Below, in pieces: positions 1-8,671 of a stretch of 64,000 bases of DNA. Position numbers and translations under genes: made by a program. The notes beneath the pieces were generated by a model. That model was not told the DNA's origin. It did not search any database and worked only from the letters and a program-made list of their open reading frames with translations. Source of the DNA: an uncultured Bacteroidia bacterium (GTDB taxonomy: Bacteria; Bacteroidota; Bacteroidia; Bacteroidales; CAJPTX01); contig CALHSW010000073.1 of assembly GCA_938038735.1 (NCBI GenBank), forward strand, positions 30,486 to 94,485, in the 5' to 3' direction. Position 1 is the first letter of the stretch; every line of letters begins with the position of its first letter.

Positions 1-2573
1 CTATCGCTCAGCAACACCTCACGCGGCTTGCCCGCAACCTGCGCCGCCACGATGCCCGCCGCCTCTAGCTGGTCTACTATGCGCCCCGCACGGTTATAGC
101 CTATCGCATACTTTCGCTGTATGGAAGAGGTGGAGCAGCGCCCCTCCTCAACCACCATACGGGCTACCTCCTCAAAGAGGCCATCGCGCTCCGACAGCGA
201 AGACCCGCCCGCAGCGTACTCCTCAATGGAGCCACCCACCGAATCGGGAAGAAGGTAGGCACTTTCGTACCCCTTTTGATTCCCGATAAAATCGGTTATT
301 CGCTCCAGCTCCGGCATGTCTAAGAATGCGCACTGGAGGCGAACGAGCTCCGTGCCAACGTTGATAAGCATGTCACCTCGCCCAATGAGCTGGTTAGCAC
401 CGCTTTGGTCTATAATGGTGCGTGAATCTACCGTTGAACTCACCCTAAAGGCTATCCTCGCCGGGAAGTTAGCTTTTATCGTTCCCGTAATGATGTTCGC
501 AGTCGGTCGCTGCGTAGCTATAACCAAATGGATCCCGATGGCCCGTGCGAGCTGCGCCAAACGTGCGATGGGTTGCTCCACATCGCGCCCAGCCGTCATG
601 ATCAAATCGGCATACTCGTCAACCACTACCACTATGTACGGGAGGTAGCGATGCCCGCTCTCAGAGTCCAACCTTCCTGAAACGAACTTCTCGTTATACT
701 CCTCAATATTCCTAACCATAGCGTCTTTGAGGAGTTCATAGCGGTTGTCCATTTCGTTGCATAGGGAGGTCAAAGACTCCACCACAAGGTCAACATCGGT
801 GATAATAGCCTCCCCATTGCCTGGGACCTTCGCCAAGTAGTGATGCTCTATCTTGGAGTACAAACTCAGCTCTACCTTTTTGGGGTCGACAAATACAAAT
901 TTGAGCTGCGATGGGTGCTTGCGGTAGAGCAGCGAGGTGATGATGGCGTTTAGACCCACAGACTTACCCTGCCCGGTGGCCCCAGCCACCAAAAGGTGCG
1001 GCATCTTGGCGAGGTCAAAAACGTACACTTGATTGTCAATCGTACGCCCTATCGCCACGGGTAGAATCGCCCCGCTCTGCTGGTAGGCACTTGAGCTGAG
1101 CACGCTTTTCATCGACACGGTGGAGGGGTGCGCATTGGGCACCTCTATCCCAACCGTGCCACGCCCCGGCATCGGCGCAATGATACGTACCGAGAGCGCC
1201 GCGAGGCTCATCGCAATGTCATCCTCTAGATTCTTTATTTTCTTTATGAGGATACCCTTTTTCAGCACCACCTCGTAGAGGGTAACCGTGGGGCCCTGTA
1301 TAATCTTAATGTTCGCAATCTCAATATTGTAGGTTCGCAGAGCCTTGATAATCTCCGCTCGCTTCTCGATAAGCTCGGCGCTAGTAGCCTTCTGCTGCCC
1401 ATCGCTGTGGTCGTCAAGTAAATCGAGCGGGGGAAACTGGTAACCAGGCAATTCCAGCTTCGGGTCGTAGCACCCATCGGTCGTGTAGCACCCCGTTACG
1501 GCCTGCTCTTCTGGGGGAACCTCCACCACCGTGGTGGCTATGTCGTCATCCTGCGGATCGGTTGCTCCGCCATCGTTCTCTTCTAGCGGCTCCTGCGCCT
1601 CTACGCTGGCACTTCCCTCGCTTTCTTCACCCTTCGCAGCATCCTCTTCTACGGCTGGCTGCGCTGCCCCTTCTTGCGTACGCTGCTCCGCTTGCTCCCC
1701 GCTTGTCTCTATTCCCCCGCGCTCCTCCTCCCCTCGCTCCGTCGGCTGTTCCTCAACAGATACCTCCTGCCCCGGGGCCTCTTCCTCGTAATCGACATAT
1801 TCTGTCGGCACATCATCCTCCCCCGTGGTTTCCATCACCTCTGACGTCTCCTCCTCCACTGCCGTAGACTCCTCCTGCGCCTCCGCTTGCACCTCTTCAG
1901 CTGCATTCACTGAAGGATCTTGCTCCGCCGTACCCTCCACCGTGGTAGCCACCTCTGGCTTCCCTACACCCAGCAATCGCTCCGCAGCCCTACGCGCCTT
2001 GTCAACATTGCTATTGGCGCGGTTATGAATCCAGTGGTTAAAGCCACGACTCACCCACATAAGGTAACCCAGCGCAACGGCGGCCACCAACACGCCCGTC
2101 AAGGGATACCCCATCCTAGTCACCATCCAACGGTTCACAAACAGCCCATAATCCCCCCCGAGCCCTGAGCCAAGGTAGCCTCCCGCACTTCCGAACAGGT
2201 AGCCAAAACATATCGATGCCACCACCATCCCCACCGCCATCATCAGCAGCCTACGATAGTAATGCTTTACCTGCACCCCAAGCACCCACACGGCAAGCAT
2301 CGCTACCATAAAGGGTATAACCAACGCCCCCACCCCGAACCCTCTACTCACGCACATCGCGGCCAACGTTGCGCCGAACGTTCCCATCCAGTTGGATGCC
2401 GTCGCCCCGCTATCCGACCATAAGTTCACCCACGTTAGGCTTTGGTCGTTGGCCCAAGTGAAAAAATGTATTATAAAGGCTGCCGCCAAGTAGAGCGCAA
2501 ACGCCACTAAAATGATAAAAAGTGACAGCACCAGCAAGTCCCGATTACTACTCGCCGACACCGTCTCTGGCAT
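1..2573 (-). CDS. ftsK: DNA translocase FtsK/SpoIIIE (3' end runs off the window)
   Basis: The minus-strand frame is open from the window edge to the ATG at 2571-2573. It is absent from the ORF track because no stop lies inside the window. The translation shows N-terminal TM segments (approx 2100-2570) and an acidic/Pro-rich linker (approx 1500-2050). It also shows the Walker A region MPHLLVAGATGQGKSVGLNA (approx 950-1015) and the C-terminal gamma-domain AIGYNRAGRIVDQLEAAGIV (approx 45-110). Confidence 0.9.
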   Translation of the reverse strand, partial: MPETVSASSNRDLLVLSLFIILVAFALYLAAAFIIHFFTWANDQSLTWVNLWSDSGATASNWMGTFGATLAAMCVSRGFGVGALVIPFMVAMLAVWVLGVQVKHYYRRLLMMAVGMVVASICFGYLFGSAGGYLGSGLGGDYGLFVNRWMVTRMGYPLTGVLVAAVALGYLMWVSRGFNHWIHNRANSNVDKARRAAERLLGVGKPEVATTVEGTAEQDPSVNAAEEVQAEAQEESTAVEEETSEVMETTGEDDVPTEYVDYEEEAPGQEVSVEEQPTERGEEERGGIETSGEQAEQRTQEGAAQPAVEEDAAKGEESEGSASVEAQEPLEENDGGATDPQDDDIATTVVEVPPEEQAVTGCYTTDGCYDPKLELPGYQFPPLDLLDDHSDGQQKATSAELIEKRAEIIKALRTYNIEIANIKIIQGPTVTLYEVVLKKGILIKKIKNLEDDIAMSLAALSVRIIAPMPGRGTVGIEVPNAHPSTVSMKSVLSSSAYQQSGAILPVAIGRTIDNQVYVFDLAKMPHLLVAGATGQGKSVGLNAIITSLLYRKHPSQLKFVFVDPKKVELSLYSKIEHHYLAKVPGNGEAIITDVDLVVESLTSLCNEMDNRYELLKDAMVRNIEEYNEKFVSGRLDSESGHRYLPYIVVVVDEYADLIMTAGRDVEQPIARLAQLARAIGIHLVIATQRPTANIITGTIKANFPARIAFRVSSTVDSRTIIDQSGANQLIGRGDMLINVGTELVRLQCAFLDMPELERITDFIGNQKGYESAYLLPDSVGGSIEEYAAGGSSLSERDGLFEEVARMVVEEGRCSTSSIQRKYAIGYNRAGRIVDQLEAAGIVAAQVAGKPREVLLSD

Positions 2574-2687
2574 TTTCCCTCTCCGGGTTGTTTTCTCTCG
2601 TTTACTCGTCATCTCCTTCGCCTATAGCTACCTCCATCCCCTTGCTACACCGCAGAATAGCCTCCTATTACGCCCCCTTGGGAGGGG

Positions 2688-2695
2688 CAAAGGTA
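2688..2695 (-). promoter_or_regulatory. Bacteroidetes -7 promoter motif (TACCTTTG) upstream of ftsK
   Basis: The reverse complement of caaaggta matches TAnnTTTG. It lies 115 nt upstream of the ftsK ATG, in the gap after the preceding gene. Confidence 0.5.
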
Positions 2696-2741
2696 GCGAT
2701 TTCACCTCCCACAAAAAAACGCCTCCTTGCTACTCAGCTTT

Positions 2742-3026
2742 TTACTGCCTTTTGGGATTGCGGGGATACCACCCTTTCTCCACCCGCTTCTCCTGCTTTA
2801 TCACCTCCCCTATCCCCCACAGATAGCACGCTCCCAGCACCGCCAACAGGCTGGATAGCACCAGGTTCTTCACGAACAGTGCCCCCACGATGGCTGCAAC
2901 GCCAACGATTAAGAAAAGCACCCAAATCCGCTTTGTAAAATAGTACTCACCGGCAACGCAAGACCAACGCGATAGCGCAAACAGCGCAAGCGTACCTATG
3001 CCGATGGCCAATCCCTCATAGCTCAT
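2742..3026 (-). CDS. small integral membrane protein (DUF4491-like), paralog 1
   Basis: 94-aa ORF with about three hydrophobic segments and a basic tail ending GWYPRNPKRQ. It is a tandem paralog of the next gene. The DUF4491 assignment is from memory of the family and is not verified. Confidence 0.6.
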   Translation of the reverse strand: MSYEGLAIGIGTLALFALSRWSCVAGEYYFTKRIWVLFLIVGVAAIVGALFVKNLVLSSLLAVLGACYLWGIGEVIKQEKRVEKGWYPRNPKRQ

Positions 3027-3033
3027 TGCGAAA

Positions 3034-3369
3034 TCATTCCCCCTTCTTTAATCTCCGAGCCGTACCCCTGGTCGGAATATAGTACGATTCAGGACGCCGT
3101 GGATTCCTTTTAGCCCGCCCCAACACCACCCTTCTATACTGACGGCACACTTCCAAAGCCGAGTACAGCATCGCCGCCCCTGCGCCTCCAAGTAGCACTG
3201 ACACCACCCCCCGAACGAAAAGCGATAGCCCGAAAAATGCAACGCCCACCACAGCTAGGACCCACCATACGCCCCGCCCTGCCCTGTACTCTAGCCAAAC
3301 CACCAAGGGATGACAAACCCCTATCATCACGAACACAGATAAGCCTACAAAGACACCTTGCCAACCCAT
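3034..3369 (-). CDS. small integral membrane protein (DUF4491-like), paralog 2
   Basis: 111-aa ORF with the same hydrophobic layout and a related tail (EVCRQYRRVVLGRAKRNPRRP versus EVIKQEKRVEKGWYPRNPKR). It ends 8 nt upstream of the start of paralog 1. Confidence 0.6.
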   Translation of the reverse strand: MGWQGVFVGLSVFVMIGVCHPLVVWLEYRAGRGVWWVLAVVGVAFFGLSLFVRGVVSVLLGGAGAAMLYSALEVCRQYRRVVLGRAKRNPRRPESYYIPTRGTARRLKKGE

Positions 3370-3409
3370 TCTCCTACTCCTTTTTACCTACTTATTCTCA
3401 CCCACGCCG

Positions 3410-4849
3410 TTACCTGAACCGATGCGGCGTTAACGCCACCAAGAGGGCAAAAATTTCCAAACGTCCCACAATCATTAAGATTCCGCACGACACCTGAATG
3501 AAGCCAGGAAAAATGCCATACGTATCAAACGATGTTAATCGCCCTAAGCCAGGCCCCGCATTCGCAATGCAAGCCAACGTGGCACTCAACGATGTCTTCA
3601 TATCAAAGCCTGCGAGCATAACTAGCATTGCATGGAACAGAGCAACCACAATGTAGATCATCATAAAAACGAACGTCGAGTTCACCACCTCCTCCGAGAT
3701 TACCTCTCGTCCTAGACGGGCACGGATTACCCCCTGCGGATGCATTAACCTACCCACGTACGCTCGTACGCCCGATAGCATCACCGCCAACCGATCCACC
3801 TTTACGCCTCCAGCCGTTGACCCTGAACACCCGCCTACTATTATTACCAGCATTAGCACAAGCTGCGAAAACTGCGGCCATAAACTCGCATCGGCCGTTG
3901 CGAAACCAGTCGTGGACATGAGCGAGACTATCATGAACGATCCCTCCCGCAGACTTGCCCCCCACGCTTTACCGCTCGTGAAATGCAAATTCAATGTCAC
4001 CGCCGTCACAGCTATAGCTAGCACCAGCAGGAACAGACGCACCACCTTCGAACGGAACACCCCTCGCCAATTTCCCCGCAGGGCGCTATACAGTAGGCCG
4101 AAATGCAAGCAAGAAATAATCATGAATAGCATTAGCACCACCTCCACGGACACGCTCTGATAGGTGGCTACGCTCATCGTGGTTGGGGCAAAGCCCCCCG
4201 TTGACACCGTGGAGAACGCCAGTAAGAATGCGTCGAATAGGGGGATTCCACAGAGTAGCAGCGACAGCAGCACCGCCACGGTTATGCCGATGTATACCAG
4301 CCCCATCTGTTCAAGAATTCGACTTGTGCGCTGCCGATAGTCCTGCTGGGCAATCACCGAGATCTCGCTCCGCGAAAGCGTCATGCGCGCCTTGCCCAAT
4401 GCGGGTATTACGATCGACACAAACGCCACTACGCCCATCCCGCCCACCCAATGGGTCAACGCACGGTACAGCAACACGCTCTTCGGAAGTGCTTCCACCT
4501 CCGAGAGCATCGTAGCACCCGTCGTTGTAAATCCAGATGCCGACTCAAACCAAGCCGATGCTAAATCAAAGGGTTTCCCGTATAGAGCGTATGGTATCAT
4601 CCCCCAAAAACAAACCGCAAGCCATGCGTACACCACTATTGAATACCCTTCGCGCTCGGAGAGCTGTCGCTCATGCGGCACAAAAAGTACGGGAAGAAGC
4701 CCCGTGAAGAATGTTATGAGCCCCGAATACAAAAAGATAGGCCCCGCACCATCATTTATCACCAGGGAGTACGCTAGAACCAGGAGCATAACGCCTGCCA
4801 GGAGTACTAGCGTTATCCCGACGTAACGCATTACCACGTACGTCCTCAT
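3410..4849 (-). CDS. trkH: TrkH/KtrB-family potassium uptake protein
   Basis: 479-aa polytopic protein with the repeated selectivity-filter-like motifs of the Trk/Ktr/HKT family: GFTTTGAT, STVSTGGF, MSTTGFAT and GSTAGGVKV. Confidence 0.9.
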   Translation of the reverse strand: MRTYVVMRYVGITLVLLAGVMLLVLAYSLVINDGAGPIFLYSGLITFFTGLLPVLFVPHERQLSEREGYSIVVYAWLAVCFWGMIPYALYGKPFDLASAWFESASGFTTTGATMLSEVEALPKSVLLYRALTHWVGGMGVVAFVSIVIPALGKARMTLSRSEISVIAQQDYRQRTSRILEQMGLVYIGITVAVLLSLLLCGIPLFDAFLLAFSTVSTGGFAPTTMSVATYQSVSVEVVLMLFMIISCLHFGLLYSALRGNWRGVFRSKVVRLFLLVLAIAVTAVTLNLHFTSGKAWGASLREGSFMIVSLMSTTGFATADASLWPQFSQLVLMLVIIVGGCSGSTAGGVKVDRLAVMLSGVRAYVGRLMHPQGVIRARLGREVISEEVVNSTFVFMMIYIVVALFHAMLVMLAGFDMKTSLSATLACIANAGPGLGRLTSFDTYGIFPGFIQVSCGILMIVGRLEIFALLVALTPHRFR

Positions 4850-5637
4850 AGACCGCGGTGCCGCCCCTCCTTTTCATCGCAACGCTCCATCAGGCGTTCA
4901 ATGGCCCGCCATAGCTCTCCCAGCTCATCATCATTGATTATCCGCACGGTACCCCTATCGCGGTAACGTAAGTACCCCTCAGTGGCATCTCGCATCTGCA
5001 TCACCGGGCGTAGGTAGAACGTTGAGATTAAATACATAAACATCAACGCAAATAGCACGCCTACAATCATCACGATTAGACCCGGACGAATTGAACGCTC
5101 GGGGAAAGAATCGATTAGGTGCGAAGCGTTGTAAAGATGCTCCTGATTAAGGGTAAGAAGTTTCTGCACTGCCCGTTTAACCGTCTCGTGGGCAGGCTTG
5201 ATCAGCTGCATATAATCATGCAACGCTGGCTGCTCCATCGCCAGAAGCTTGTGGGCCGCCTGTACATACGCACCGCTCGCAGCATCCACAGAGTCTAACG
5301 ATGCTTTCTCCCCCTCATGCGTCACATTGCCATGCGCCTGCACCCTACTGCTAGAAAACTCCTCGTGCCAATGCGCAAACTCACGCTCCGCCTCCTCCCG
5401 ACTCCCATAGTCTCCTGCCACAAAGCGCAGCAACACCTCATTTTCCATCTCCTGCGCATCTAGCATCCCCTGACCGAATTGTACGCTTCGATAGCTATCC
5501 CGCATCATAGAACGCACCTCTTGGCTCATCCGCTTCAGCTCATGTATCGACAGGGCCCCCGACACCACAACCATAGCCGCCAAAATTAAAAAGCCAGCCA
5601 GCACCCGCCCCCGTATGCCAAATCTAATACGCTTCAT
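4846..5637 (-). CDS. membrane protein: TM1, periplasmic helical (4HB_MCP-like) region, TM2 and HAMP domain, with no output domain
   Basis: 263 aa. The N-terminal TM is LAGFLILAAMVVVSGAL, followed by about 150 aa of helical region and a second TM (LIVMIVGVLFALMFMYLI). The HAMP-like stretch is RPVMQMRDATEGYLRYRDRGTVRIINDDELGELWRAIERLM. The protein ends about 15 aa later. Its TGA stop overlaps the trkH ATG (ATGA at 4846-4849). Confidence 0.65.
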   Translation of the reverse strand: MKRIRFGIRGRVLAGFLILAAMVVVSGALSIHELKRMSQEVRSMMRDSYRSVQFGQGMLDAQEMENEVLLRFVAGDYGSREEAEREFAHWHEEFSSSRVQAHGNVTHEGEKASLDSVDAASGAYVQAAHKLLAMEQPALHDYMQLIKPAHETVKRAVQKLLTLNQEHLYNASHLIDSFPERSIRPGLIVMIVGVLFALMFMYLISTFYLRPVMQMRDATEGYLRYRDRGTVRIINDDELGELWRAIERLMERCDEKEGRHRGL

Positions 5638-5764
5638 ACCCTACTTCCCCAAAACTCTCCTGTTACAATAATTAGCTGCACCTATCCTTCTGCATCCTAG
5701 CGAACGCGAATTCCCATCGCAGCCCTACTCTAGTCCAATATTCTGGCATCCGTTGCTGCCACCG

Positions 5765-6418
5765 CTACTCAACCCTTCCCTTCTTCTGCGCCTCCACGCA
5801 TACCAACTGCGCGTCGTGCGGATGTCTATGCCTGTCAATATTTTCGAACCCAATCTCTTGTAATCGCTCCTCAATTTGCAGCGGCGTGTGTATCGGCACT
5901 AAAAAATCTTTACGAAGCTGCAGACTCCCCTGACGTTCGGTTGCACTATTGCAGATATACACTTTACCGCCCGGGCGCAGCACTCTCTGTATCTCAATCA
6001 ACCCAAGCGAGAGACTCGGCCAAAAGTACGTGGACTCTATCGCAGTTACCACATCAAACCGCCCATCTCCATACGGCAACGCCTCTACCCCGCCCTGCTT
6101 CACCTCTTCCCTCCCTAACGCTATTCCAAAACGATTTACCCAGCTAGCCTTCCGCACCGCTGCGCTTGATGGATCCACCCCGCAAACCATCCCCCACGTA
6201 CGCTGCACCATGTATGCCATGTGTCGCCCACCGCCACACCCCACTTCCAAAATATCCTCCTTCCCACCACGCAACTTCATCACCCGGCGCAGCAGCCATC
6301 GGCTCGTGCCGCCGTTCACCCTGTTCATCAGCAGCAGAGCCATGCGCCCCCACGCACCCTCCTCGGGAAATGCCGCCTGCTCCACAAGCCGATCGCCCCA
6401 GCAACTCTGCAAACTCAC
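5765..6418 (-). CDS. class I SAM-dependent methyltransferase
   Basis: 217 aa with motif I ILEVGCGGGRH and post-I/II-like motifs (VCGVDPS, LRPGGKVYI). The substrate is unknown. Confidence 0.75.
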   Translation of the reverse strand: MSLQSCWGDRLVEQAAFPEEGAWGRMALLLMNRVNGGTSRWLLRRVMKLRGGKEDILEVGCGGGRHMAYMVQRTWGMVCGVDPSSAAVRKASWVNRFGIALGREEVKQGGVEALPYGDGRFDVVTAIESTYFWPSLSLGLIEIQRVLRPGGKVYICNSATERQGSLQLRKDFLVPIHTPLQIEERLQEIGFENIDRHRHPHDAQLVCVEAQKKGRVE

Positions 6419-6617
6419 TGTCTTTCCTCAACTATTTTTTGCCATTTTGCACTCGCGAAGGTAACAACTTCCCATATAAATTAGATACCGCTGCAAGCCC
6501 CCCAACGCCTACACATCGCGCTGCTGCCTTGCCACGGTGATTAAAACGCATATAGGCACGTTTTTTGTATCCGTTTACTAACGAAACCTTACCGTAAAAA
6601 TAGTTCCTAACACCCGT

Positions 6618-7256
6618 ATGAATTTTCTCGGACACCTCCTTCTCGCTGGCCCTAACCCCGAAATACGCATTGGAAACTTTATCGCCGACCATATCAAGGG
6701 CATCCCTCTAACCAGCTTCCCGCCCAGCGTGGTGAAGGGAATCATGATGCACCGCGCCATTGACTACTTCACCGACACCTACCCTCTCCTCTTCGAGGCA
6801 AAAGCCCTTCTACGCCCGGGCTACCGTAAGTACGCCAGCGTAGTTCTCGACGTTCTCCTAGACCACTTCATCGCAAACGACTGGTCTAAATACTCCCCCC
6901 TCCCCCTCGAACCATTTATCTACCGTTTCTACCTACAGCTTGTGCGCTACTGGGCTATACTACCACCGTATTGGAAAGAGCGACTCCCCGGTTTCATTGA
7001 TGACAACCGTATTCTTCGCTATCGCTCCTCCGAGGGTATCTGCGAGTCGCTCGACATCATGGCGCACACCACCTCGCTACCCGACGCAAGCGGATACGTG
7101 AAAGACATTATTGAGACTCACTACGATCGGATTAACCGCATGGTGGCCACCTTCATCCCCGACATCGTGAGCTCCATGTCACAGCAATTCGACATTGTTC
7201 CTATCGGTTGGTCACTGTCGAAGGCGAGAGCTATCGAACTTTATCAGTATAAATAG
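6618..7256 (+). CDS. acpH: acyl carrier protein phosphodiesterase (AcpH family)
   Basis: 212 aa. The N-terminus MNFLGHLLLAGPNPEIRIGNFIADHIKG matches the characteristic AcpH start (MNFLAHL...GN..AD..(K/R)G). Confidence 0.75.
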   Translation: MNFLGHLLLAGPNPEIRIGNFIADHIKGIPLTSFPPSVVKGIMMHRAIDYFTDTYPLLFEAKALLRPGYRKYASVVLDVLLDHFIANDWSKYSPLPLEPFIYRFYLQLVRYWAILPPYWKERLPGFIDDNRILRYRSSEGICESLDIMAHTTSLPDASGYVKDIIETHYDRINRMVATFIPDIVSSMSQQFDIVPIGWSLSKARAIELYQYK

Positions 7257-8627
7257 TAGGATCGTGAACGCCCAAAGGCTAGATCCCCCATAGCTGAAGA
7301 AGGGCAAGGGAATCCCCACCACGGGGAAAAGGCCAATGGTCATTGATATGTTCACCACCACATGGATGAATATTATCGACGCAACGCAGTACCCATAGAT
7401 CCTGTGGAAATCCTCCCTCTGCCGCTCGGCTAGTTTCAGCACTCGGTATAGAAAAGCTCCAAAAAGAATGAGCACGAAGAGTGTTCCCACAAAGCCCCAC
7501 TCTTCGCCCACGGTACAAAAAATAAAGTCGGTACTTTGCTCTGGAACGAAATTGAACTTGGTTTGCGTTCCCTGCAGATACCCCTTACCGAACAATCCCC
7601 CTGACCCTATTGCTATCTTTGACTGGTGTACGTTGTACCCTGCCCCCAATGGGTCATTCGTTATGCCCAACAGGTCATTAATTCTATCGCGGTGGTGCGC
7701 ATCTAAAAAGCGTGTGAACACGTAGTCGGTACTCACGCTAACCGCAATGCACGCCCCAGCAAAAAGGGAGAGCAGCACAGAAACGCGGTTGCGCCGCACC
7801 ATCCCCACAATCGCTAGCAGTAGTAGGAGTAGTAGGGAAGGGATAAGGCATACTATGTATAGCGGCATCCCAAAAGAGAACCATTCATTCGCAAAGTAAA
7901 GGAGCAGCGTTGCTACCACCAGCACCCCGAACATGCGTACGCTATTCTTCACGTCACGACGTAGCATGGCATACAGCGAAATGCCGAGTAGCATTATCCC
8001 TAGTAGAACATAAACACGATCAAAAAGTAACTCCGCGATGAACACCATCGCAAAGGCCAGCAGCACAAGAAGCACGCTGCCGGGCATCCCCTCTCGGTAA
8101 AGCACCAAGACGAACGATGAATACACCAAAGCCGACCCCATGTCGTTCTGCAAGAGAATCAAGAGCATTGGGGTTCCTATGAGTAGTCCCAGCTGTAGCC
8201 AGCTGCGCCCACGATCAATGCGAAAATCGAAACGTCCCATGAGCTTTGCAACCGCCAACGCTGTCGCAAACTTCGCGAACTCGGAGGGTTGCACTCGAAA
8301 AGAACCTATAGCTAGCCACGAACGTGACCCATGCACCTCGCTGCCTAATACCAGCGTTGCCACCAGTATAAGCATCATGACTATGTATATAGGGTAGGCA
8401 AAAACGTAGTAGAACCGTGCGTCGGCAAGCAGCACTACGAACGCTATGATTAACGCCGCTCCTATCCAAATGAATTGCAAACCTTGACGGCTTGAAAAAT
8501 CAAACAGACTGCTATGCACCTCGCTATACGATGAGGCGTACACGTTTAGCCAGCCCAAGATGACTAACAGTAAATACATCACTACTGTTAGCCAATCTAT
8601 CCGTCCTAGTACGCTCCCCCGTGCCAC
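7212..8627 (-). CDS. rodA: SEDS-family peptidoglycan polymerase, RodA-like
   Basis: 471-aa polytopic protein with an FtsW/RodA/SpoVE-type sequence (IDWLTVVMYLLLVILGWLNVYAS; SEFAKF; PEQSTDFIF; GIPLPFFSYGGSS). It is not in a dcw cluster, so I call it RodA rather than FtsW. Confidence 0.8.
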   Translation of the reverse strand: MARGSVLGRIDWLTVVMYLLLVILGWLNVYASSYSEVHSSLFDFSSRQGLQFIWIGAALIIAFVVLLADARFYYVFAYPIYIVMMLILVATLVLGSEVHGSRSWLAIGSFRVQPSEFAKFATALAVAKLMGRFDFRIDRGRSWLQLGLLIGTPMLLILLQNDMGSALVYSSFVLVLYREGMPGSVLLVLLAFAMVFIAELLFDRVYVLLGIMLLGISLYAMLRRDVKNSVRMFGVLVVATLLLYFANEWFSFGMPLYIVCLIPSLLLLLLLAIVGMVRRNRVSVLLSLFAGACIAVSVSTDYVFTRFLDAHHRDRINDLLGITNDPLGAGYNVHQSKIAIGSGGLFGKGYLQGTQTKFNFVPEQSTDFIFCTVGEEWGFVGTLFVLILFGAFLYRVLKLAERQREDFHRIYGYCVASIIFIHVVVNISMTIGLFPVVGIPLPFFSYGGSSLWAFTILLFILIKFDSSRLRQ

Positions 8628-8671
8628 GCCTCGCCTCCCGATTTCCCTTTCTCTTGCATTTGAAAGTTCTC

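Noticed and set aside
1531-2168. Cluster of Pro/Ser/Ala-rich plus-strand ORFs.
   Set aside because: They are antisense to the acidic/Pro-rich linker and TM region of ftsK. The minus-strand frame is continuous and carries FtsK motifs on both sides.
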